Shown: positions 10,701-22,700 of the stretch, piece by piece | Layout: every line of letters begins with the position of its first letter | Position numbering within the stretch: the stretch's first letter is position 1 | NCBI RefSeq assembly: GCF_902459465.1 | Contig: NC_047080.1 | Span: forward strand, 11,222,001-11,286,000 | Reading direction: 5' to 3' | DNA length: 64,000 nucleotides | From: Asterias rubens | Lineage: Eukaryota | The notes under the pieces: generated by a model | Database searches by the model: none | Told to the model about the DNA's origin: nothing | Seen by the model: the letters and a program-made list of their open reading frames with translations, nothing else | Position numbers and translations under genes: made by a program

Positions 10701-13700
10701 ATTGGTAGATATGTCCATAATTTTTCTACACATTCTTTATGTTTTGAAAACATTTTCTCGTCTTTTGCAGGAAAAACCCTTGCCTACGCTGTACCCATTG
10801 TCAACTCACTTCAGGGTCGTGACCCCAAGGTTCAAAGGTCAGATGGACCCTACGTGCTCATTCTTGTACCAACGAGAGAGGTATGTTCATTAAAATGTCT
10901 TGACGCTAGTGAACCGTTTGTCTGCAGTAGTCTGATGCATATTTAACATCAATAGTGCATTACACACTAAAGTGCTAAACATTTAAGCTAGCACTCTGAT
11001 CTTGGACAATGTGCTTTTGTCCGAGCTTTTTTTTTACCCCTGTGAACTGACTGTACTTATGATGTTTGATGCACCAATGCGGTGAGTGTGTGTGGTGGAA
11101 AGTTTGTCTGACATCCAGGTATTTTAAGTGAAAGTGACATCATGAGTGCAAAGTGCTGATTGAAAGATTTAGGATAGACTTCAGTTTTCGGTTCTCTTTC
11201 AGCTTCAGTTCTCTTTTGTGTTTCCCTTTTTTTCTTTTTCAGCTAGCCTTACAAAGCTTTGCTACACTTCAGAAAGTCTGCAAGGTACGTAACTGACTTA
11301 AGAAAGAAGAAGGACTTTGAATTGGATTCATTTGTCAAGTATTGTACAGAACATCTTTTAATAGAATTCTCTACATACCCTAGTATAAAACTGTGTTGAT
11401 AGTATAAAACTTGAACATATTTTTCAAGAAAGAAGAAATTTTCTAAGAATTTGATTTTGAGACCTCAGAATTAGATTTTAACCACAACAATTCCCTATCT
11501 TATTGTAGCCATTTGTGTGGATAGTACCCGGCTACCTGATGGGTGGTGAAAAGATGAAATCTGAGAAGGCGCGGTTAAGGCGTGGCATCAACATCCTGGT
11601 GGCAACACCCGGCCGTCTCTTGGATCACATTAAGAACACGGGGACGCTGAAACTAGACAAGGTGCAATGGCTGGTCATGGATGAAGCAGATAGGTAAGAC
11701 ATTAATTTGAAGAAAATTGTGAAATGTCAAATTGTTTCTATGGTATTCTTTGATTAAAGGCAGTGGACACTATTGGTAACTCCTCAAAATAATTATAAGC
11801 ATAAAACCTTACTTGGTAATGAGTAATGGGGAGCTGTTGATAGTATAAAACATTGTGAAAAACGGCTCCTTCTGAAGTAACATTTTTTTTCAAGAAAGAA
11901 GTAATTTTCCACGATTTTGATTTCGAGACCTCAGAATTAGATTTTTAAGGTTCAAAATCAAGCATCTGAAAGCACACAACTTCGTGTGACAAGGGTGTTC
12001 TTTCTTTCATTATTGTCTCCCAACATTGCAACCAATTGAGCTCAAATTGTCACAGGTTTGTTATTTTATGCATATGTTGAGATACACCCAGTGAGAAGAC
12101 TGGTCTTTGACAATTACCAATAGTGTCCAGTGTCTCGTTAGCTTCACTGCAGAAGTGGGTTTACACAGAGAAATCCTACATAGTCTACCTAATATCGAAG
12201 TCTTATATAGCGCACGTATCTACCAAACAAGGTACTTAAGGCGTTGGGTGTATACAAACCTTTAGAAAGATAGGTTATTGCATTGATGGATTCTGAGACC
12301 CAATTATGTAGGTTTACAAGGTGCTAGAGCGCATGGAGCAGCCACAGCCAAGAACACCGGGCGAACCCCTTCTCTTTGTGATAAGTGCACTGGGTTCTTT
12401 TACATGCGTTACACAACACATGGGACCAATGGCTTTACGTCCCAACTGAAGGACGAAGCAATGGTTAAGTGCCTTGCTTAAGGACACAAGTGTCACGGCT
12501 GGGGATTCGAACCCACACTCTGCTGATCAGAAACACCAGAGTTTGAATTCGGTGCTCTTAACCGCTCGGCCACACACTTCTACATAGCCTAGGGCCCAAT
12601 TTCATGTCTACCCAGCACATCTATGGTCGGCCCACGGACCAATGGAATCCCTGTCAATAAACTGTCTCTGTTTATTTATTTATTTTTTTTCCATTAATGT
12701 TTTTAGGTTACTGGACATGGGATATGATCGGGATGTATCCCTCATTCTCAACGCGCTGAATGAGAAATGCCCTCAACGCCAAAATATATTCCTGTCGGCC
12801 ACTCTCTCAGAAGGTATGTTTCAGTGAGACACCACAATGGAAAGTGGGTAAATTTGTTCAAGATTGACTGTTGCAAGCGCTTTTGTTAAAAGTACGACTC
12901 CAGAAGTGATAGTCGGCACTAGTTTTAACCATACCACGAGTAAAAGCAGTCAATATTTGTTTTATAGCACCCCCAACCTATATTGTAGATTAGGTACCAA
13001 GAAGGTGATGTTACTATGGGTGTGGTATGTGGGTTGCTGTGGGATGTTTCTTTGGTTGCTATGGGTATAGTACCAAGTATGGCGTGTGTACATCCCTTGG
13101 CACGTCATTGGCACGTTGTTTTAGTTAAGATAAGACACATCATGTGACGCATAATCTGAAACAAAAATTCAGAATCCTTGGTAACAACTCAAATAATAGG
13201 TAATGCCTGGACACTTTGACCCTAGTACAGAACCTTCGAGAAAGACTCTGCTAGGGTCAAACCGCCAGACCATTAACTGTTTTTTAGCATAAAAAACTCA
13301 TGCCAGATTCTGTTTTCTTTCCCTAGGCGTTGAACGACTTGCAGACATGACTCTAAACGATCCTGTCGTCATTGATATGGCGAAAGAGAAACAATCAGCG
13401 AGGGCGGTAGAACCATTCCCAGACCATCTCCAAGAGGAACCGACTGAAGGAACCGACAATAAGAACGGGAGTGGAGTCGCAGAGGATGATACCAAGGTGG
13501 ACTTTACCACTCCGGACGGACTCCAGCAATTTTTTGTTATTGTCCCCAGTAAACTGAGACTTGTATCTCTGGCTGCGTTCATTTTGAAACGAGCTCAGGT
13601 AAATATTTATCACTTTTTGCCTTTTTAAAAAATGGTTTTTGTCAACATAATGCTGCATTATAGAAAAAAGTTACAAAGATACAAGACAAATGTGAAAGTT

Positions 13701-16700
13701 TCAGCTGAACACAGTGTCTACTTGCTGAGAAAACAGCTTATAAATGTCAAGGTATTTTCACCAAAACGTTAAATTAATCCACACTAAGGTGACAGTTGGT
13801 ACTAACTCCATCTTTTGCGGCAGCATTTGCAAATGGACACCATCCCACAGAAATCGGAGAAACAGTTCATGCATTAGTCATTTCTCAGATTGAAATGTTT
13901 GAGGGTCAACAATTATCTAAACCATATTAGTTTAAAGGGGAATTATTTCTCTAAAAGTTTATACTGGAGTAAAAAATTTGGTTCTAAAATTATGGACAAC
14001 TTCACATTCTCGAGACATATTTGTGTGCATCATTACATTCTACTTTTACGTCTTTCCAACCATACTAATTTCATTGCGTTGCCTTTATAGCAATGTGCCC
14101 GTTTAACATGATGGTTTCTCTGGAGGATTTACACTGGTTGGTTACTTTATAATCAGCAAGTTTTCAGATTGAATTTATCAATTTTTTCAAGTGGCATACT
14201 TTGTCTTTAACCATCATTTGCTTCTGACGATCACAGACTACCGGTGACTGTAAGATGTTAGTCTTTCTCTCAAGCCGTGACTCGGTTGAGTTCCACTACA
14301 CACTATTCAAAGAAGGCATCAAGACAGTAGTGGCCAATCTGAACCTGCTTGTATTGAGACTACACGGGAGCATGACACAAGAGGTAAACTGCTGGATGTT
14401 TGAAACCTTGTCTTTTTCATTTATTTTCAAATCTATAATTTTTGTATCTGACTATTTTGTTTTGTACATTTTCTATAGAAAAAAACATCAACATGAGTGT
14501 AAAATTGAGAGCAAACTGTTTTGTGCTGGTAATAAAAATAATAGTTAGTTTTTATAAAGCGTTTTTCACCCCCGAAGGGCGTCCCAAAGCGCTTGACATT
14601 ATTACCCCTGGTCACTGTGCCTTATATCATTCCTTAAACCATCTCAGCTCCCTGGGGAGTATACAGCCTTGTGCAACAAATATGCACTACTCTGCCCTCA
14701 CAGGCATCCATTTACCCCTGAAGCTTATGGTATTGCTTAAGGACACAAGTGTCACAACCAGCATTCAAATCCAACACTCTGATGATCAAACACCAGAACT
14801 ACAAGCTCAGTTTGAATTTGGCACTCCTAAACGCTTGACACCCCATGGTTAGAGTGGCATCACATGAACCCAGAGGTCGCAGCTTCAAACCCTGATCAAG
14901 TGACTTTGTCTCTGCTCCTCCAAACATATTCTTGGTTCAAGACTCCTGGATTTGTCACAAGAGGTCGCGCTATCACCCCCAACGCGCTATCAACCACGAA
15001 CCGCTATCACCCGAGAACTGCTATCACAGGAGAGTCTTGGCACATTCGTTAAATCTCTCCCCAAATGAAGGGGCGGGCTCTACTGGAAACGTACGCACGC
15101 GCATTATGTTTCCCCTCGATTTTGGGGGGAAATTTAACGAATGTGCCAAGACTCTCCTGTGATAGCGGTTCTCGGTTGATAGCCCGTTGGGGGTGATAGC
15201 GCGCCCTTTTGTTACAAATCCAGGAGTGTCTTGAACCAAGACTACTCCAAACATTGGATGAAAACTCTATTTCTCTTGTGGTTAATTACTTAATATGATT
15301 TTGTTTCTTTACAGGAGCGAACTGAGGTATTTCACAAATTTCAAGAAGCGCCGTCTGGTATACTTTTATGCACGGTGAGTAATGTGTATTATTTGACTTT
15401 GGGTGTACTGCCCAGTTTGGTAATTGTTTTTCAACCCTTAGTGTAGATACAGTAAAATTTACTAGAGGATGCACAATTAACAGAAATTCATGTTTGGTTT
15501 TTTCCCGTCAGGATGTCGCAGCTCGTGGGTTAGACTTGCCCAAAGTCAAGTGGATTGTCCAGGTAGGTGAACAGAAAACACAGATATGAAAAAAAACTAG
15601 CGGCTTACACTTGCGTACTGGTGGTTAAGTCATCAGGGTGTGGGTTCCAATCCCGGTCGTTATGCTTCACTTTAATTGCTTTTCTTTACCCAGGGGAGTA
15701 AATGGATACCTGCAAGGATAGAGGTTGATTTTGTATTTAGAAAAGCCTTTTAAGCTGTATACTCCCCAGGAGCTAAGAAATGTTACAGGGAGTATAATTA
15801 GCCCAATGACTAGGGCATTTAGTAAAGTGCATTGATATATATTGTAAAATACACTATATTATAAGACAAATTTATTATTATTAATAATAATACCAGCTCT
15901 TCTATTGCGCATTTCCAATATTATTAATATATCTGTCCAACCTCATCCTTATTAAAACTGAGAAATACTGTATCCTCTTACACAAATTTTCTTTAGTATA
16001 ACACGCCGGGTTCGCCAGAGGACTACGTTCATCGTGTCGGCAGGACAGCCAGGATCGGCGCGAAGGGGCAGTCGCTACTCTTCCTTACCCCAGCTGAAGT
16101 CCAGTACCTAGAGACGCTTAGCCATCATAAAATCAAGTAAGCTAATCATGCACTTATTCGCTGAGGACACAAGCAACCGCCGCAGTACACATTGAGTTTG
16201 ATTGAGCCCATTTCACATGACAGTAAATTAGCAGGGGTCCCTTGCTTAATTTTTAGTATGGTTGTGAAGTTTTACAAACTACACTTCTTGCGAAACGAAC
16301 AGTTCTTATTGTGAAATCTCAAACTTGCTGTCCTTTGAACCCAGTATAAATCTTGTTGTCCTTTCATAGGAGGTGTAATTTCACAACCTTGCTAAAATTA
16401 AACAAGGGACCCGTGCTAAACGGCTGTCGTCTGAAAAGGGCTTTGTTGGTATCAGCTTCAAGTGCCGTGTTTATTAAACCATGTCACACAACATGGGTTA
16501 GCGTCCCCAGTTACAACCTGGGAAATGTGCAAAGACAATTTGGCAAAGACCCAACTGGACAGAAGATCGTTGGTTCAAATCCTGCTCTAATAAGTTTTTC
16601 TTTCTCCAACCCCAAATTGCTTTAAAAAAGATTCCCTTACGTCAAAATATTTTTTCTTTTTCTTCCTCAGCGTTCGGGAGATAAACTCTGATAGTTTACT

Positions 16701-19700
16701 CTCCACCCTCCTGACTGTAAACCTCTCGTCCTCCGCACCAGCTGCAGGGAACCATCACTACCAGCCTATACGGAATGCACAGGAGGCAGCCGGTGCCCTG
16801 CAGCGGGTGTTTGAGGAGTTTGTGAATAATGATAAGGCTCACTCCGTGTTGGCCGTTAAAGGTGGGTAGTCCTCTTAATAGTGTTGCACAATACACTGAA
16901 TAAAACTCAGAGAGATTTTATCTGTTACATTATTAATTTATTGCTTAAAATAATTCAGCAATTTACATCAAATAATTCCCACGATTAATAAGGTCTCAAA
17001 CTTGAGGTCAGTATGACTAGTACACTAATTCAAAATCCAAACATTGATTCCAACTGGTTGACAAAATAAGAGTTTACACTCAGAATATTTACTAGTGTTT
17101 TTGAACTCCACTCAAGAAAGAAATAAAAGTTCAACAAAGGGACCTGAAACCTTCTAACATTTTATTAATAAACATCCTTGAAAATAAAAATACCCATAGC
17201 AAGTTGTTATGAATGTAAACTTAATCACTGCACCCAATGGACAGAAGACACAGAAGGAAGTTTCAGTTATTAAAATGATTTACTGTTTGTTTCTTCCATC
17301 AGCGTTCCAGTCTTTTGTCCGTGCCTACGCTACGTACCCAACGGCCTTTAAACACATCTTCCACACCAAGAAACTCCACCTCGGCCACACGGCCAAGAGC
17401 TTCGGGCTTAGAGAAGCGCCCTCACACATCACCGTTGGGCTAGTCAACCAGCAACCTGGAGGAAAACGAAAACCAAAAGGAAAAAGGTAAGAACGCTTTT
17501 TCAAACTTCTTTCAATCTCGCTCATTCTTCTTTGGAAGGACTGGTCGGAAAAGTTTCCAAAAGGGGCCAGCACTTTTTCATTCATTATCAATCAAAATAG
17601 TATCATATTTAATCAATTAAGATATTGTTTTTAGCGACAGCGAGTGAAAAGCGGTGGCTGGATACAGAAATTTTCCAAGTAGTCGGGTGTGGTTGTATGG
17701 TTTTGGACATTAAACTCCAGTTTTGAAGACTGAACCATTGGGGTGTGGGTTTAGAATCATGGTCCAAACTTCTTAGAGCTGGTTAAGCATAACAAGTATC
17801 TCAGCACAACAGAAGTATGCTTAGCAGAATAAGGTTACCAGCCAAAATACCATTTGACATGTACAGCCTGTGATTGGCATACTGCTTTTTTTTGCTTAGC
17901 ATTTTTTTATTATGTGTAAGCAGCTTTATGAAATTAGGCCCTGCAAAGCCTGTGAGGTTAAAATCTTGATAAGCACAACAAAAATCTTTCCTTACAGCTG
18001 ATGCCCACTCATTTTGCATCGCAGTATTCGCTGCTGAACAGTTTTATAACATTGGACCCTGGTAGTTTGTCTTTTGTCCTTGGGCAAGACACTTAACGGA
18101 AATTGTTTTAAGAAGAAGAGATGAATTATTTGGGAGTCGGTGAGAGTAAAAAGTTAACCTCGTTGCTGTGTTTAATGGAGGGTCCTTTGGCAATTACTCC
18201 TTCAAAATTAATGAGCATAAAAAGGTACTGAAAGAGCACTGGCGAGCTGTTGGTGTTATAAAACTTTGTAAGAAATAACCCCCTTTGAAGTAATGTAGTT
18301 TAAAGACACTGGACACTGTTGGTAATTACTCAAACTAATTGTGACCCGCTCCAACGAAATGAGGAATGTCTAGTAAAGTTTCATTTCGTGTAATTTGACA
18401 CCGAACATAATCATAACAAACAATTAATGAAAATTATTGAATTTTTTAATTTTTTTATTACTACACTTTTAGGTTGCCTAAATCTTGATTAAACTTACAA
18501 TGGTCTTACCTTTTCGTCAAAAGATTACTAAAGATGTAAAAACAGACGATTTCTGAGCCATGTTCTTGACGTAATTATCCAAAAATGTTCCAAATCCCAC
18601 GGGACAGACAGCGAACATTCATTGAAAACACCAAATTTGGCGAGCGTCGCAAAACTTTTCACACAACTTGCATAGCGCCACCAAGAGTACCATTGGAAAG
18701 CCAAAGATTAGAGGTGTCTAAATATAGCCACCAAAAACATGTGTCAACACTGAAAGGGGTTCAAAGGTCACCAAAGGCAAACCCTGTTTTATCAGCGATG
18801 ACATCTCCCATTCATAAATCCGCGTCGCGAGATTTAGTATGGCTCACAGACCGAGGCGTTGTTTATCCATGCAGCGTGAGAGTCCGATCACCCGACCCGG
18901 TCTTGTTGCCATAGCTAGTTGCAGCGCTGGTAATACGACAATGTACACACGAAGACTGCGCGGGTACCATGCACAAACTTTGCTACACGTACGACGTATG
19001 GAACAGTGGAATGTTTATCGAACGTTGGGAAAACAGTGTCTAATTTCCATCATTGTTTTGTGGTTTTTCAAGGTTGAATTGTTCCAAACCAAAATAATTC
19101 TGAATGTTAAAGGAATAATCTTTCAGTTAAACTTCATGCTGGGTAAGAAATTTCGCTAAAATCATGAGAAACATGCACGGGGAAATTGCGAATGTTCCCG
19201 GGTCTTCAAGCCGAGTATACCCGTGGGGATTGATGCTATGCGCTGAGTGACAGCTGTCTTTACAATGTTTTGACTTGACGGAACAAAACTCGCATTTCAA
19301 GTTGGAAATATCAACGCAAATTGCTCTAAAATTTCAGGTAAACATTGTCAAACTTATTGGTGAAATTGTCTACACATTATAATCTAACTTCTCGTTGAGT
19401 TGTTTGTTCATTTTGGTAATTTTGTTTGCCTGACTACGGGGGGTTAAAAATTGATGTTTTCATTATCGTAAACAAAAATATTAATATTATTTTAATGAGT
19501 GTGTGAGACGTCGCGTTTTTTCAAATTAATTTTTATGGAGTTTGTGTTTTCCAAAACGGGTCGTAAAATTAAGCGTCAAGGGCGTCGAAAATTCCACATT
19601 GGTTCAGACAGGAAGGTCGTATGATCTTGATTTTTATTTCATTTAAAATATTAAGATTTGCTTGTTTGGAATATTATGAAATATGCAAATGTGAAATTCA

Positions 19701-22700
19701 CTAGACATTCCTCATTTCGTTAGAGCGGGTCACAATTGTTAGCGTAAAAAAGTTACTTGGTAACGAGTAATGGAGAGCTGTTGATAGTATAAAACATTGT
19801 GAGAAACGGCTCCCTCTAAGATAACAAAGTTTTTGAGAACAAGATGTAATTTCTCACTCAAATATTTGAAGACTTCAGGATGAAGCCCTTATTAGGCATC
19901 TGAAAGCACACACATTTGTGCAACAAGGGTGTTTTCTTTCATTATTCTCTCGAACTTCTACGACCAATTGAGTCAAAATGTTCACAGGTTTGTTATTAGG
20001 GTGGCATGGTTTGCGTGTGCGTAAAGCGCTCGCCTCTCACCAAGGTGACCCCGGTTCGATTCCCAGCCGGGGCCATATGTGAGTTGAGTTGTGCGTTGTT
20101 TGCTCTGCTGTGCACGAGGGTTTTTCAGACCATCCGATTTTCCTCCCTCAGGAAAAATCAAACACTTACGATCTTGGCTGTGCTCCGTGGTCATAATGGG
20201 TTGATGTGTCTGGTAGCCAGAGGCGCCCTTGCATGCCTGCTTCTCGAACACGTTGTAGCCGTGTCCTTCACAATTCAGCTCTTAGCTGCGAGTAAGGATG
20301 ATTACCCCCCCAAATTATTATTATAATTATTATTTTATGCATGTGTTCGGATACTGGTTTTTGACAATTACCAAAGTTTATCCTACCTTTAACTTTGATA
20401 ATGGTCTTTGTTAACCTTGAACTTGTAAAAAAGTTGTTTTATTTATCTACATTATCGGGCCGAGCCCATCTGACGTTGGCTGCAACTGCCACATCTCTTT
20501 CTTTGCTTACCTGGCCTAATGCTCGTTAGTCAACTCATGCATGTCGCTAATTAGGTAACGAGTCATTTAGCTGTATAAGACTATTGAGGGTAGAATGACA
20601 TTAGCCTCCCCCTTCTTTGTTATAACTAAGCTCATCATCACCATTCTCTGTGTGTCTACTGTGGTGTCACTTAGAACCCAAGGTTCTCCAACATGATGTG
20701 CACATGATGTGCATAGTGTACATCGTTTTGTTGTTTTTGTATATTTTTTATGAGAGATCGCCTAACGTCACAAGGCCACGGACGGCCACTTTAAGGCAAG
20801 GGCTACACTTAAGTGACTTGGGTTATCGGCCCAAATCAACTGCCACCAGGGGCGATGTTGCCACCTACTCCTTGGGCTGAAACAGGGTTAACCCCTTCAC
20901 AGTCTGTAAGGATGTAGGCATGGGTATCATCCACTAGGAGCCACCTACTCCTGTGCTGAAACAGGGTTAACCCCTTCACAGTCTGTACGGATGTAGGCAT
21001 GGGTGTCATCCACTAGAAGCCACCTACTCCTGGGGCTGAAACAGGGTTACCCCCTTCACAGTCTGTAAGGATGTAGGCATGGGTATCATCCACTAGGAGC
21101 CACCTACTCCTGGGGCTGAAACAGGGTTAACACCTTCACAGTCTGTACGGATGTAGGGATGCCATTACAACATTCGAAATGCGACCTCGGTTCTCAAAAC
21201 GTAGACCTCTTGTATGTAGCCTGCCACTGCGATTAAACGGTAGAAACACGCAAGTGTGCGTAAATGCCACATGCAACGCTCAGCCAGTGATAGGTCTTCT
21301 TCAGATCCCAGTGAGGGCGCTGTCTTAACTTCTAACATACGCAAGAGGCCCGTTCAACACCAATGCTTTACTAAAACTTTAGTTTTACCGCAAAGGACAA
21401 ACTTTTTCAAAATAAACCCAGGGCCAATCACAATGGTGCAATAAAAAGCATTTAACCTTGAGAGCTTCTTTTAACTTTGTATATTTTTAAACTGTTTTTT
21501 AATAATGTATTTATTGCTGGTGGACAAACGAGCATGCCATGTAAACATTATCGGTCTTAGTGCTTACTTAATTGAGACATAAAAAGTGCAAAAACCTTTG
21601 TTTTCCCATGTTGTCTGATGGGAATATAGAGTGTGCGCACTATTTCAAGAAAAATGCTTAGCTAGTTTCCTATTGTGGCTCAGTCACACCAATGAAACTT
21701 CTTGATATTTTGGGCATAAAAACCCATATCCGCTTACTAAGTTTTCTTTCCAAGCTCAGCATTTCATTTAAACACTTGCTGGATGGCTTATCGAGATATG
21801 GCCATCATGTCTAGCAAAACAAACAGTCACTTTTAGAAACTATCAAATTAGGTTTTGTTTGTTAGCATTGCTGGAACCACCTCAGGCATAAGGTTACATA
21901 CAATTGCTGCAAAAGACAGCAAAGGCAGTTGTCTGTATTTTCAATAGAGGGCAGTATACAGCTTGACCATTAAGTGGCTTGCAATGAGAGTTCAGTTGTT
22001 AATTAAGCAACAAAAGATAACTCTTGTGAATGTAGCTTGGGTTGAAACTGGTCGTTAATACAATATATTTTTTACTACTTCTAATCTTTGTGATCATTAA
22101 AAAGCATTTGGTCTTTTTCAAACTGCTTAGACATTTTGGACCTCCCCACTTGATTTACCAAGGTTCGAACAATCACTTTCTTACAATTTGCTAGGAAGGT
22201 AAATGGCCTGACGTTTCGACCCTTGCCAAGCCTCCAAAGGCTTACAGCTTGCTGACCCCAATTCATAATATTGAACAATTTTCTAAATAATGTTTACTTC
22301 TGAGCAATCAATTATTAAGAAAACTGTCTTTTAAATTGTTTTGTTTCTGTAAAAACAAGTTCACATCCCACAAGGCTTGTTTGCAACGGGAGGAAAACAA
22401 CTTGAACTGGTCAATCGACCTCAAACGCAGGTCATCCTTTCGACCCAGCAATACAAATTAGAGGGCAGTTGCCTTGAAATGCACAACTCTGTAATCATTC
22501 ACTAAAAAAAAAAAAAAAAAAAAAAGACTTACACAAAAAGTCTTTTATAGAGTCTTTTTATCTAGTCATGTAATTCCGTAGCAGTAAATATTTGAACAAC
22601 CCACTTGGTTAATTCGCCCTGGCAATTTCCCTCATGAATTTTTCATACCTGTACTCGTTGGATATTTTGTTTATTATCTGGAAATTAAGGGATTATAAAG

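Larger units (their letters stand above)
18304..20388 (+). mobile_element. Family A MITE host interrupted by two insertions
   Basis: Pieces 18304-18340, 19734-19997 and 20330-20388 rejoin into the family A consensus; TTAA at both outer ends. Confidence 0.85.

Noticed and set aside
400-17302. Intronic snoRNAs in the nucleolar genes
   Set aside because: No C box (RTGATGA) with a suitably placed D box and terminal stem found; H/ACA RNAs cannot be judged by eye.
17487-17490. DDX31 ending by read-through at AGG TAA (KGKR*)
   Set aside because: Any phase-2 intron starting GTAA gives this stop. A well-formed distal exon with the conserved AEYSSG motif exists at 58338, and only an ATTAAA variant (17709) is nearby. 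A minor short isoform is not excluded.
17635-17690. Nearby alternative terminal exon after ttttag (SDSE*)
   Set aside because: In the required phase it stops after four codons and lacks an in-frame SEY/FxSG motif.
18585-19159. ORFs in the 1393-bp TIR element as a transposase
   Set aside because: Short (106-109 aa), no DDE or DNA-binding motifs recognisable.
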